This document shows, piece after piece, positions 7,890 to 17,613 of a stretch of DNA of 64,000 bases. The position numbers were made by a program, and so were the translations under genes. The DNA comes from Clostridiales bacterium (GTDB lineage: Bacteria > Bacillota > Clostridia > DUPQ01). The stretch's first letter is position 1; every line of letters begins with the position of its first letter. The stretch lies in the NCBI GenBank assembly GCA_023145435.1, contig JAGLDS010000005.1:33715-97714 (forward strand). The letters run 5' to 3'. Below the pieces are notes generated by a model. The model saw only the letters and a program-made list of their open reading frames with translations. It was not told the DNA's origin and ran no database searches.

Positions 7890-9044
7890 ATGCTACAATT
7901 TGACGTTGAAATGGAACAATTTGCGCAAATTAAAGTAGTTGGAGTCGGCGGTGGTGGAAACAACGCTGTCAATAGAATGATTATGTCAGGTTTACGTGGT
8001 GTTGAATTTATTGCAATCAATACTGATAAACAGGCATTATTCATGTCAAAAGCTACAACAAAAATTCAAATAGGTGAAAAACTAACTAAAGGCCTAGGTG
8101 CTGGTTCAGTACCTGATATTGGAGAACGAAGTGCAGAAGAAAGCAAAGACGAAATCGCTGCTAACCTTAAAGGTGCAGATATGGTTTTTGTTACTGCTGG
8201 AATGGGTGGAGGTACTGGAACAGGTGCTATTCCCATAATCACACAAATAGCTAGAGAAATGGGGATTCTTACAGTTTGTGTTGTTACTAAACCTTTTACT
8301 TTTGAAGGAAAAAAGAGAAGTGATAATGCAAAAGAAGGTATTGAAAAACTACAAGATACCGTTGATACTTTAATTATTATTCCAAATGACCGTTTATTAG
8401 AAATAGCCGATAAAAAAGCGTCTATTGTAGAAGCTTTTAACATTGCAGACGATGTACTTAGATTAGGTGTGCAGAGTATTTCTGACTTAATCGCTATACC
8501 TGGATTAATCAATCTTGACTTTGCTGATGTAAAAACAGTAATGACTGGAGCGGGTCTAGCCCATATGGGAATTGGACGCGCTACAGGAGATGATCGTTGT
8601 GAACAAGCCGCAAGACAAGCTATACAAAGCCCACTACTAGAAACATCAATTGATGGAGCAAAAAAAGTGCTTATTAATATAACTGGTGGCCCCGATTTAG
8701 GATTATTAGAAATTGATAGTGCAGCAAATATGGTATACAAAGCTTCAGATTCTAATGCTAATATTATATGGGGTGCTGCTATTGATGAAAATATGGGAGA
8801 TGAAGTAATGGTCACAGTTATTGCCACAGGCTTTGATGGTATTAGACCACCTAAAACATCAAGAATGTTAGCAGAAACAATTAATAGTGAGAATAAAGAA
8901 GAAATAATGGATGAAGATCAAGTAGCTACCAACGAACCACTTAAGGATGAAATGGTAGATAAAATTAATGATGAAAAAATAATAGACGACGATGATGATG
9001 ACGATATAGGGATAAATATTCCTAAATTTCTACGAAAGTTATAA
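7890..9044 (+). CDS. ftsZ: Cell division GTPase FtsZ
   Basis: [16 protein letters not shown], tubulin signature GGGTGTG, poly-Asp linker and C-terminal IPKFLRK peptide. Confidence 0.97.
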   Translation: MLQFDVEMEQFAQIKVVGVGGGGNNAVNRMIMSGLRGVEFIAINTDKQALFMSKATTKIQIGEKLTKGLGAGSVPDIGERSAEESKDEIAANLKGADMVFVTAGMGGGTGTGAIPIITQIAREMGILTVCVVTKPFTFEGKKRSDNAKEGIEKLQDTVDTLIIIPNDRLLEIADKKASIVEAFNIADDVLRLGVQSISDLIAIPGLINLDFADVKTVMTGAGLAHMGIGRATGDDRCEQAARQAIQSPLLETSIDGAKKVLINITGGPDLGLLEIDSAANMVYKASDSNANIIWGAAIDENMGDEVMVTVIATGFDGIRPPKTSRMLAETINSENKEEIMDEDQVATNEPLKDEMVDKINDEKIIDDDDDDDIGINIPKFLRKL

Positions 9045-9055
9045 AGGAGTAAGTA

Positions 9056-9511
9056 ATGAAATGTCCATATTGTGGGTTTGAAGAAGATAAGGTAATTGAT
9101 TCTAGGCCAACTGAAGAAGGATATGCTATTAGAAGAAGAAGAGAGTGTATTCACTGTCTTAAGCGATTTACTACTTATGAAAATATTGAAAGAAAACCTT
9201 TAATGGTTATTAAAAGAGATAGATCAAGACAAGTTTTTGATTCATCTAAATTGTTAAATAGATTGTTAATTGCTTGTGCGAAGCGACCTATTCCCATTGC
9301 AACGTTAGAACAGATTGTAGAAGAAGTGGAAAATTCATTTTTAAAAGAGCATCTACGGGAGATTACATCTACAGCTATTGGTGATATGGTGTTGGCAAAG
9401 TTAAAAGATATTGACGATGTTGCTTATGTTAGATTCGCTTCAGTTTATAGAGACTTTGATGATGTAGATACTTTTGTTAAAGAGATTAAGAATTTAAAGA
9501 AACTTAGGTAA
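9056..9511 (+). CDS. nrdR: Transcriptional repressor NrdR
   Basis: MKCPYCG...CIHC zinc ribbon followed by an ATP-cone ([14 protein letters not shown]). Confidence 0.95.
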   Translation: MKCPYCGFEEDKVIDSRPTEEGYAIRRRRECIHCLKRFTTYENIERKPLMVIKRDRSRQVFDSSKLLNRLLIACAKRPIPIATLEQIVEEVENSFLKEHLREITSTAIGDMVLAKLKDIDDVAYVRFASVYRDFDDVDTFVKEIKNLKKLR

Positions 9512-9516
9512 CAGCA

Positions 9517-10605
9517 ATGAATCATTTAACATCAAAAGAACGATTATTAAATACAATTACAGGAAAAGAAATAGACCATTTAGCATGGTCTCCCTTTTTA
9601 GCTTATTTTTGGGATTTTCAACCTGAAGAAATTAGAAAAAAAGGAATGATTTCATTTTATAAGGAAATAGGTGCTGATCCAATGCTTCGTGGTTGCTGTA
9701 CTTTAATTGTAAATGATTTTGTGGGTACAGAAATTAAAGAAACCACTAAAAATGGTGAAAGAATGATAGTATATAACACACCTTTTGGTGAATTATCTTT
9801 TCATTATGTATATGCTAAAGAGAGTAATACATGGTTTTTAACAAAACATCCAATATCAACTAAAGAAGATTTCCAGCTTTTAACCAAACTATATAGTACT
9901 TTAACTATCCATAAAAATTTTACTAAATACGAGAATTTAAAAAAAGTAGTAAAAGATGAAGCATTACTTATCCCAATTATTGGAAGTGAAATGAAAAGTA
10001 GTTTTCAATCACTTTTAGAGAGATGGGTGGGAACGGTTGAATTGAATTATGCTTTATATGATTATGAAGTGATTGTATTAGAATTGTTACATGTGATGCG
10101 AGAAAAATCAAAACAAGCGGTTAATATAGCTAGTGAATGTGATGCTAAAGCTTTTCTTTTTTGGGAAGATAGTTCTACTACTAATATTAGTCCATCTCAA
10201 TTTGAAGATTATATTCTACCAGAAATAAATAATTGGGCAGATATATTACATGAAAAAGATAAACTTCTAGTCCACCATGCTTGTGGATCACTTAAAGGGT
10301 TATTACCGCTTATCTCCACATCAAAAATTGATGTTCTAGAATCAATATCTCCACCACCTACAGGAGATGTGACAGTAGATGAAGCTAGAGCTATACTTCC
10401 AGATAATATTGGAGTTATTGGTGGAATTGATGCTGTTGTTTTACAAACATATTCCATGAAAGATTTGAAGGAATACGTAAAAAACATTATAATGAAAACA
10501 AAAAGACATCGATTTGTTTTAGCAAATTCTGATTCTTGTCCTCCGGGAGTAGAAATAGAGAAATTCAAAATGATATCAAAATTAGTAAAGGAACTAACAT
10601 GCTAA
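9517..10605 (+). CDS. Uroporphyrinogen-decarboxylase (URO-D) family protein, MtaA/CmuA-like methyltransferase type
   Basis: N-terminal SKERLLNTITGKEIDH and the overall ~360 aa layout resemble URO-D-like proteins. No haem pathway neighbours. Confidence 0.6.
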   Translation: MNHLTSKERLLNTITGKEIDHLAWSPFLAYFWDFQPEEIRKKGMISFYKEIGADPMLRGCCTLIVNDFVGTEIKETTKNGERMIVYNTPFGELSFHYVYAKESNTWFLTKHPISTKEDFQLLTKLYSTLTIHKNFTKYENLKKVVKDEALLIPIIGSEMKSSFQSLLERWVGTVELNYALYDYEVIVLELLHVMREKSKQAVNIASECDAKAFLFWEDSSTTNISPSQFEDYILPEINNWADILHEKDKLLVHHACGSLKGLLPLISTSKIDVLESISPPPTGDVTVDEARAILPDNIGVIGGIDAVVLQTYSMKDLKEYVKNIIMKTKRHRFVLANSDSCPPGVEIEKFKMISKLVKELTC

Positions 10606-11102
10606 CGTTTGTTGAAACCCAAAAAAAGCACATAAAAGAACTTACGAATATCTACAATTACTATATTGAGAATTCAATATCAACTTTTCATAAAGAAAAA
10701 TGGAACAAAAAACAAATGAAAAAGCTAGTTTTTTTTGATGATATTTTATATGGAACGTTTACTATTATGTTTGATAAAGAAATCATTGGTTACTGTATGA
10801 TATCTCCTTTTAATTTTAGAGAAGCCTATAGGGCAACTGTATTTGTAGCTGTTTATTTAAAAGAAGAATTTACAGGTAAAGGTTATGGTGAAAAAGCATT
10901 ACAATATTTAGAAAAAAAAGCATTAGGATTACCAATACGCTCGCTTATTGCATTAGTTTGTCTTGAAAATATTGAGTCAGTGAAATTATTTGAAAAATGT
11001 GATTATAAAAGAGTGGGAGTCATAAAAAAAGCGGGTGTGAAATTTAATAGATTATTAGATGTGGTTTATTATCAGAAAGTGATAAGATCAAATTTTTTAT
11101 AA
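10599..11102 (+). CDS. GNAT-family N-acetyltransferase
   Basis: Acetyl-CoA motif region FTGKGYGEKALQYLEKKA. I prefer the ATG at 10599, which overlaps the upstream stop by 7 nt, over the ORF-track start at 10536, which lies inside the previous gene. Confidence 0.75.
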   Translation: MLTFVETQKKHIKELTNIYNYYIENSISTFHKEKWNKKQMKKLVFFDDILYGTFTIMFDKEIIGYCMISPFNFREAYRATVFVAVYLKEEFTGKGYGEKALQYLEKKALGLPIRSLIALVCLENIESVKLFEKCDYKRVGVIKKAGVKFNRLLDVVYYQKVIRSNFL

Positions 11103-11114
11103 AGGGAGTAAGCA

Positions 11115-12506
11115 ATGGACGTTACTGTAAAACAATTATACAAAGATTATAAACAATATGAAGGACAACAGGTTACTATAAAAGGATGGGTTAGAAGTAA
11201 TCGTAATTCCAAGTTTTTTGGATTTATCGAAGTTAATGATGGAACTTTCTTTAGTAATGTACAAGTTGTATATGAAGAAGACAAACTTTTAAATTTTGAT
11301 GCTATTCTTAAGTGTACAATTGGCTCAGCGTTGATTGTAAAAGGTGTACTAGAACTGACACAAAATGCTAAACAAGCATTTGAGATAAAAGCTACAAAAG
11401 TAATTGTAGAAGGACATGCTGATTCAGATTTTCCTTTACAGAAAAAGAGACATACTTTTGAGTACTTGCGAACCATTGCTCATTTGAGACCTAGGACAAA
11501 TACTTTTTCTGCGGTATTTAGAGTTCGTTCATTGTTAGCACATGCAATCCATAGTTTTTTCCAAGATAATAATTTTGTATATGTTCATACACCAATTATT
11601 ACTGGTAGTGATTGTGAAGGAGCCGGTGAAATGTTTAGAGTTTCAACACTTGACAGCTTAAACCCACCTCTTAATGATGCTAAAAAAGTAGATTTTACTA
11701 AAGATTTTTTTGGTAAAGAAACTAATTTGACTGTTAGTGGTCAATTGGCAGTTGAAACATATTGTATGGCATTTAAAAATGTATATACTTTTGGTCCAAC
11801 ATTTAGGGCGGAAAATTCTAATACAGCAAGACATGCTTCAGAATTTTGGATGATTGAGCCAGAAATGGCCTTTTGTGATTTAAAACAAGACATGAAGGTC
11901 GCTGAAAAAATGATGAAATATGTGATTAATTATGTAATGGAAAAAGCACCTGAAGAAATGGAGTTTTTTAATAAATTCATTGAAAAAGGGTTATTTGATA
12001 AACTTAGAGGTGTAGCGAATAGTAAATTTGAACATGTTACGTATACAGATGCTGTTGATATATTAGGAAAAAGCAATATAGCTTTTGAAAACAATGTGTC
12101 ATGGGGAATTGATTTACAAACAGAGCATGAGAGATTTCTAACAGAGCAATACTTTAAAAAACCTGTTTTTGTTACAGATTATCCAAAGGATATAAAAGCT
12201 TTTTATATGAGAATGAATGAAGATCAAAAAACTGTTGCAGCTATGGATTTACTTGTTCCAGGAGTTGGAGAAATAATAGGTGGCTCACAACGTGAAGAGC
12301 GATATGATGTATTAATTAAAAGAATCCAAGAAATGGGAATGAATATTGAAGATTACTGGTGGTATCTTGATTTGAGAAAATATGGAACAAACAAACATGC
12401 TGGATTTGGATTAGGATTTGAACGAGCTTTAATGTATTTAACCGGTATGGCTAACATAAGAGATGTGATTCCATTTCCAAGAGTTCCAAAACACGCTGAA
12501 TTTTAG
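11115..12506 (+). CDS. asnS: Asparagine--tRNA ligase
   Basis: 463 aa class IIb synthetase. OB-fold N-terminus [31 protein letters not shown], then [21 protein letters not shown] and GFGLGFER motifs. Confidence 0.9.
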   Translation: MDVTVKQLYKDYKQYEGQQVTIKGWVRSNRNSKFFGFIEVNDGTFFSNVQVVYEEDKLLNFDAILKCTIGSALIVKGVLELTQNAKQAFEIKATKVIVEGHADSDFPLQKKRHTFEYLRTIAHLRPRTNTFSAVFRVRSLLAHAIHSFFQDNNFVYVHTPIITGSDCEGAGEMFRVSTLDSLNPPLNDAKKVDFTKDFFGKETNLTVSGQLAVETYCMAFKNVYTFGPTFRAENSNTARHASEFWMIEPEMAFCDLKQDMKVAEKMMKYVINYVMEKAPEEMEFFNKFIEKGLFDKLRGVANSKFEHVTYTDAVDILGKSNIAFENNVSWGIDLQTEHERFLTEQYFKKPVFVTDYPKDIKAFYMRMNEDQKTVAAMDLLVPGVGEIIGGSQREERYDVLIKRIQEMGMNIEDYWWYLDLRKYGTNKHAGFGLGFERALMYLTGMANIRDVIPFPRVPKHAEF

Positions 12507-12514
12507 GAGGCATT

Positions 12515-12835
12515 ATGGCTAACGATACTATAAAAAAAAATGGGAATATTGAAGTTGCTGATGGTGTTATCATCGCTTTTGTAGAAAAGATTGTCACTGA
12601 AACAAAAGGTATTGCTATTAGTAAAAAGAAAAAGTCTATTAAAGTGACTACATATGATGGTGGCAAGAAAATTGACTGTTTTTTAGAAGTTAATTATGGG
12701 GTTATTATTCCAGAAATTGTTAATAACCTACAAAGTAAAGTAAAAAAAACAATTAAGTTGATGACAGGAGTTGATATTACAGAATTTAATGTAATTATTG
12801 ATAGTCTTAATATTGATACATTGTTGGAAAAATAA
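12515..12835 (+). CDS. Asp23/Gls24-family (alkaline shock) protein
   Basis: 106 aa. DGVIIAFVEKIVTETKGI and VNYGVIIPEIVNNLQSKVKKTI are typical of the Asp23 family. Confidence 0.7.
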   Translation: MANDTIKKNGNIEVADGVIIAFVEKIVTETKGIAISKKKKSIKVTTYDGGKKIDCFLEVNYGVIIPEIVNNLQSKVKKTIKLMTGVDITEFNVIIDSLNIDTLLEK

Positions 12836-12838
12836 TTT

Positions 12839-13867
12839 ATGAAAAAAATATGGATTAATTCATTAATAGTTGTTGCTATGGGTGCAGTAATCGTTATACT
12901 CATCTTTTTTACTGATGGAATTGATCAGTTAATTAAATTGATAAAAAATATTAATTATGCATGGCTATTTGTAGCTTTTTCATTTATGTTTCTTTATTGG
13001 GGTGCAGGGGCATTTACCATAGGTTTTCTTAAAAAAGGGGTATTAGAAAAATGTCATAAACCAAGACATAATTTTAAAACACTTATGATAGGACAATTTT
13101 TTGCAGCAATTACACCTTTTTCAACAGGTGGACAACCTGCACAAATCTATTTTATGAGCAAACAAAAAATAGATACAGGTAAAGCAACGAGTATTATCAT
13201 TATGAAATCAGTTTTGTATGCTACTTCAATGTTAGTAATCGCTTTTGTTTTTTTCTTTATTAAAAAGAAAGTACTAGTGGCACAAATTCCCAACTTTGTT
13301 TTACTATTTGTAATTGGAACTTTAGCTAATTCTTTATTGATTGTTATGTATTTTCTCTTTTTGCTAAATCATGATATCAGTGAAAAAGTTATTATTTTAT
13401 TCTTAAAAGTAATATCATATTTCAAGAATAAAGATAAAATCTATGTGCAACGACAGTTTGATAAAATAAGAGGTTCATTAATTAGTTTTCAAGATGGATT
13501 TAGAATAATTACAAAAAGAAAAGGATATCTTATACTGGCTTATCTTAGCCAATTATTGCAACACTTAGCTATTTATAGTGTACCAATATTCTTAATAAGA
13601 GCTGTGGAGGGATCTTTTCCAAATCCCTTCAGTGTTATAGCTGCCACTGGCTTATTGATGATGATTACTGCGCTAGTTCCAACCCCTGGTACAACAGGTG
13701 GAGCAGAAGGGCTAGGGGTATACTTCTTTGCTAGTTTCTATGTAACCGCTCCTATTCTATCAGTAATATTAATTTGGAGAATGATTACATACTATTCTTC
13801 AATTTTATTTGGTGGAATCTTTTGCCTTATCAATCATGGGAAAGCATTTGGAGATTTTGACAGTTAA
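12839..13867 (+). CDS. UPF0104 / lysylphosphatidylglycerol-synthase-TM-region family membrane protein (flippase-like domain)
   Basis: About 8 TM helices. PFSTGGQPAQIY and PTPGTTGGAEG motifs. Confidence 0.6.
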   Translation: MKKIWINSLIVVAMGAVIVILIFFTDGIDQLIKLIKNINYAWLFVAFSFMFLYWGAGAFTIGFLKKGVLEKCHKPRHNFKTLMIGQFFAAITPFSTGGQPAQIYFMSKQKIDTGKATSIIIMKSVLYATSMLVIAFVFFFIKKKVLVAQIPNFVLLFVIGTLANSLLIVMYFLFLLNHDISEKVIILFLKVISYFKNKDKIYVQRQFDKIRGSLISFQDGFRIITKRKGYLILAYLSQLLQHLAIYSVPIFLIRAVEGSFPNPFSVIAATGLLMMITALVPTPGTTGGAEGLGVYFFASFYVTAPILSVILIWRMITYYSSILFGGIFCLINHGKAFGDFDS

Positions 13868-13926
13868 GCGTAAAGTTGTTAGTTGTAAAATTATGTAAAA
13901 TAACATAAAATATAGAAGGAGATATT

Positions 13927-14478
13927 TTGGAGCATTTAATATTGGCTTCTGGGTCACCTAGAAGACAAGAACTTTTGAATAAATTGCACATTCCCTTTTC
14001 GATTGTTATTCCATCAATTGATGAGACTCCTCTAATTGGAGAAAATGAATTAGATTATGTGCGCCGAATGGCCAAGAGCAAAGCTGATGTTGTAAAAAAA
14101 CAATATCCAGGCCATCTAGTTATTGGTGCTGATACAATTGTCTATAACGGAAAAATATTAGGAAAACCTGCAAATAAAGAACAGGCATATGATATGATTT
14201 CACAATTACAAGGGAAAACACATAGTGTATTAACAGGGGTATCTATGGGTGTTAACCAAATGGAAACTTTTGTAGTTAAAACTTTAGTTACATTTGTAAA
14301 AATGAGTGATACAGAAATAATGACTTATGTTAAAAGCCGTGAACCTTATGATAAAGCTGGTGGTTATGCCATTCAAGGTGAAGCTAGCAAGTATATCAAG
14401 TCCATTAATGGATGTTATTACAATGTGATGGGATTTCCACTATCTTTAATTAATGCGCAGTTAAAAAAATTAGTCTAA
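13927..14478 (+). CDS. maf: Maf-family nucleoside triphosphate pyrophosphatase (septum formation protein)
   Basis: LILASGSPRRQELL, GADTIV, GGYAIQG. TTG start 7 nt after GGAG. Confidence 0.9.
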   Translation: MEHLILASGSPRRQELLNKLHIPFSIVIPSIDETPLIGENELDYVRRMAKSKADVVKKQYPGHLVIGADTIVYNGKILGKPANKEQAYDMISQLQGKTHSVLTGVSMGVNQMETFVVKTLVTFVKMSDTEIMTYVKSREPYDKAGGYAIQGEASKYIKSINGCYYNVMGFPLSLINAQLKKLV

Positions 14479-14507
14479 ATATCTCCTAAAATAGAAAGGA
14501 GATATTT
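14477..14507 (+). promoter_or_regulatory. Hairpin that pairs the radC Shine-Dalgarno with an anti-SD overlapping the maf stop codon. It may also act as a weak terminator.
   Basis: AAATATCTCCT (14477-14487), 9 nt loop, AGGAGATATTT (14497-14507) give an 11 bp perfect stem. The right arm contains the AGGAG for the TTG start at 14508. Confidence 0.55.
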
Positions 14508-15194
14508 TTGAAAAACAAATTAACAATGAAACAACTACCTAAGATGGATAGACCTTATGAAAAACTAGAGGAATTAGGAAGTTTTGTATTGTCTGACGCT
14601 GAATTATTAGCTATAATAATTAAGACAGGCAGCAGAGAAGAAACTGTTGTTGAACTAGCTAGAAAATTACTTAGAAACAATGGACTAGAATTTATTAAAA
14701 AGGCTGATTTTTCAACTTTAATTGCAATAAAAGGTATTGGTAGAGTTAAGGCGATACAAGTATTAGCATTACAAGAACTAAGTATAAGACTGAATTCTTG
14801 TAAAGATGAACATAATCAGCAATATATTAGTTCCCCTGATGATGTATCACTATTCTTAATGGAGCGAATGAGGTATTTAGAAAAAGAGGTTTTTAAATTA
14901 CTGATTCTTGATAATAAGAATAAAGTAATTAAATCTGAGGATATATCTGTTGGTTCATTAGATCAGACAATAGTTCATCCAAGAGAAGTCTTTGTTGAAG
15001 CCATAAGATATATGGCTAAATCTGTTATTTTAGTTCATAATCATCCAAGCGGAGATCCAAAACCTAGTAAACTTGATGTTAAAACTACAAAGAGATTAAT
15101 AGAATGCGGTGAGTTACTTGGTATTAAAGTTCTTGATCACATCATTATTGGCAATGGTGTAATATATAGTTTTAAAAACTCAGGTTTAATCTGA
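14508..15194 (+). CDS. radC: RadC-family JAB-domain protein (UPF0758)
   Basis: HhH region IKGIGRVKA and JAMM motif HNHPSGDPKPS. Canonical position between maf and mreB. Confidence 0.9.
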   Translation: MKNKLTMKQLPKMDRPYEKLEELGSFVLSDAELLAIIIKTGSREETVVELARKLLRNNGLEFIKKADFSTLIAIKGIGRVKAIQVLALQELSIRLNSCKDEHNQQYISSPDDVSLFLMERMRYLEKEVFKLLILDNKNKVIKSEDISVGSLDQTIVHPREVFVEAIRYMAKSVILVHNHPSGDPKPSKLDVKTTKRLIECGELLGIKVLDHIIIGNGVIYSFKNSGLI

Positions 15195-15230
15195 TATAAT
15201 AGAAGTAATAAAGCATGGAGGAAGAGTAAG

Positions 15231-16241
15231 ATGGGCATTTTTGGTAAAGATATAGGAATTGATTTAGGAACAGCTAATACACTGATTTTTGAGAGAGGAA
15301 AAGGTATTGTGTTACGTGAACCTTCTGTTGTCGCTATTAATAAAAAAACAAAAGAAGTAATTGCTGTTGGTGAAAATGCTAAAAAAATGATTGGTAGAAC
15401 ACCTGGAGCTATTCAAGCAATAAGACCACTAAAAGATGGAGTTATTGCTGATTATCATAGTACATTAGCCATGCTAAAAGCATTAATTAAAAAAGCAACT
15501 GGAAAATTTCAGTTAATGAAACCACGAGTTATTATATGTGTACCAGCAGGTGTAACTGCTGTAGAAAAAAAAGCAGTTATTGAAGCAGGTCTAGAATCAG
15601 GAGCAAAAGAAGTATTTATTACAGAAGAATCAATAATGGCAGCTGTTGGCGCAGGATTACCTGTGTTAGAACCTACAGGGAACATGATAGTAGATATAGG
15701 TGGTGGGACTAGTGAAGTAGCAATTATTTCTTTAGGAAGTATTGTAACTAGTACTACGTTGAGAAGCGCAGGAGATAGTTTTGATGAAGCTATAACAAAA
15801 TATATTCGAAAGAAATATAGAGTGTTTATTGGTGATCGTACAGCTGAAGAATTAAAAATAGCAATAGGAAATGTTTATCCATCTGAGTATCCTGGGACAA
15901 TGGAAATTAGAGGCCGAAATATGACACAGGGGCTTCCTGTGAATTTAACTATTTCATCAGATGAAATGGCTGAAGCCATGGAAGATATTGCAGATGAATT
16001 ATATGAAGCAATCAGAAACACCTTAGAGCAAACACCTCCTGAACTAGCTGCAGATGTTATAACTAATGGAATTGTTTTAACAGGTGGAGGAGCACTAATT
16101 AAAGGTCTTGATAAATTCTTGTTTGAAAAAACTGGTAAAATAAATGTAAGAATTGCTGATGAGCCCTTGGATTGTGTTGTTAAAGGAACAGGAATCGCTT
16201 TAGAAAATATTGATATAATAAAAGAGGCAAGTAGATCATAA
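15231..16241 (+). CDS. mreB: Rod shape-determining protein MreB
   Basis: IGIDLGTANT, DIGGGTSEVA, LTGGGALI actin-fold motifs. Confidence 0.95.
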   Translation: MGIFGKDIGIDLGTANTLIFERGKGIVLREPSVVAINKKTKEVIAVGENAKKMIGRTPGAIQAIRPLKDGVIADYHSTLAMLKALIKKATGKFQLMKPRVIICVPAGVTAVEKKAVIEAGLESGAKEVFITEESIMAAVGAGLPVLEPTGNMIVDIGGGTSEVAIISLGSIVTSTTLRSAGDSFDEAITKYIRKKYRVFIGDRTAEELKIAIGNVYPSEYPGTMEIRGRNMTQGLPVNLTISSDEMAEAMEDIADELYEAIRNTLEQTPPELAADVITNGIVLTGGGALIKGLDKFLFEKTGKINVRIADEPLDCVVKGTGIALENIDIIKEASRS

Positions 16242-16248
16242 AGGAGTA

Positions 16249-17091
16249 ATGGTGGGTACCCTTTTTAAAAATAGAAAATTTCAATTAATCATCATTATTG
16301 TGTTATTATTAGTAATAGCCTTCATGTCCATTAATCGATTCAGTTCTGTTAATATTTTACGAAATATTGTTACTATTCCAGTTCAATTTGTTCAAAAAAT
16401 TATTGGGGATATTGATGATTCTGTAACTGAATTTTTTCAATCAATTAAAGATTATCAATTTATTATTGAGGAAAATAATCAGCTAAAAAATGATTTAAAT
16501 GTTCTAACAGAGAGAAATGCCCAATTAGCTGATTTAGAAGAAGAGAATCAACGATTACGTGATGCTCTTATCTTAAAAGAGCAGTTTAGTTCCTATCAAT
16601 TAATTGGTGCAAATATTTTATCTATTAATCCGAGTAATTTTAATTATGAAATGCAAGTTGATGTTGGATTGCTTGACAATATAAAAATAGATAGTCCTGT
16701 TATTGCTTCAAATAACGCTCTTATAGGTAGAACATATATAGTAAATGCAACTACTACTACAGTTATACCAATTATAGATGAATATAGTGGAATTAGTGGT
16801 TGGATTTTAAAAGGTGATGGTGGACTAGTTAGTATAAGAGGTAGTATTGAGGTAAAAGAATATGGATTATTAGTTGTTGAGAATATTCCAAGTGATGTAA
16901 CTATAATGACAGGTGATGTTATTGAAACCTCAGGGCTTGGAGGGCTTTATCCAAAAGGTATTATTATTGGTACAATTGATGAAGTTTTCAATGAAAATGA
17001 CCCTTCAAAGAGGTATGCTTATTTACGACCTCTAGTAGAATTTAATTCATTAAAAGAAGCTTTTATTTTAGTAACTAAGAAAGAAGATTAA
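16249..17091 (+). CDS. mreC: Rod shape-determining protein MreC
   Basis: N-terminal TM helix, coiled coil (NQLKNDLNVLTERNAQLADLEEENQRL), C-terminal beta domain with TSGLGGLYPKGIIIG. Confidence 0.85.
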   Translation: MVGTLFKNRKFQLIIIIVLLLVIAFMSINRFSSVNILRNIVTIPVQFVQKIIGDIDDSVTEFFQSIKDYQFIIEENNQLKNDLNVLTERNAQLADLEEENQRLRDALILKEQFSSYQLIGANILSINPSNFNYEMQVDVGLLDNIKIDSPVIASNNALIGRTYIVNATTTTVIPIIDEYSGISGWILKGDGGLVSIRGSIEVKEYGLLVVENIPSDVTIMTGDVIETSGLGGLYPKGIIIGTIDEVFNENDPSKRYAYLRPLVEFNSLKEAFILVTKKED

Positions 17092-17613
17092 ATGCATAGT
17101 TATGGTTTAAAGCATATTTTGTTTTTTTTACTTTTCTTGATTTTCCATCCTTTTCTCTCAAAGTGGTTTGGAATCAATGGGTTTTCACCTGATTTTTTAT
17201 TAGTAGCAGTAATGATTGCAACCTTTAATAAAAATAAGAAGCAGACATTAATTGTAGCAATTTTATTTGGATTTTTATGTGATTTATTATATGCACATGT
17301 TTTCTTCCAATATTCAGTAATTTTTTTATTAGTAACAGTTAGTGTTTGGGGAATTAATAAATTAGCAAAACGTGAAAATATTTTGTATTTATCCATATTT
17401 GGTTTTATTTCAGGATATATCTTTTCACTAATAAAAGCTTTTTACGAATTACCTATTAGTGAAATAACTACTACTTTTAATGTTATAAATAGAGCTTCAC
17501 TTATTAATGGAGGATATTACTTTGTTACCTTAATGTTAATATCTCTATTTTACTTAATGAAATCTATTTTTACAGTAAGTAAAGTATCTAATAATGTGGG
17601 AGGTGTGAGATGA
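17092..17613 (+). CDS. mreD: Rod shape-determining protein MreD
   Basis: Polytopic ~170 aa membrane protein directly after mreC with a back-to-back stop/start. The call rests on position and topology. Confidence 0.7.
   Translation: MHSYGLKHILFFLLFLIFHPFLSKWFGINGFSPDFLLVAVMIATFNKNKKQTLIVAILFGFLCDLLYAHVFFQYSVIFLLVTVSVWGINKLAKRENILYLSIFGFISGYIFSLIKAFYELPISEITTTFNVINRASLINGGYYFVTLMLISLFYLMKSIFTVSKVSNNVGGVR

Noticed and set aside
8066-8827. 253 aa ORF on the minus strand, with smaller ones at 7853-8044 and 8918-9154
   Set aside because: It lies entirely antisense to the highly conserved ftsZ and is Ser/Ile/Ala/Pro-rich and low in complexity. It has no RBS. It is the typical shadow ORF of a GC-richer, Gly/Ala-rich gene.
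8986-9003. Run of GAC/GAT codons (poly-Asp) that looks like a short tandem repeat
   Set aside because: It encodes the acidic part of the disordered FtsZ C-terminal linker just before the conserved IPKFLRK peptide. It is not an independent repeat element.
11103-11114. Looked for a T-box leader upstream of asnS
   Set aside because: Only 12 nt separate asnS from the GNAT gene, so there is no room for a ~200 nt T-box. asnS appears to be co-transcribed.
14508-15194. RadC/JAB protein as a marker of a mobile or anti-defence element
   Set aside because: It sits in the canonical chromosomal maf-radC-mreBCD context with no mobile-element genes nearby.
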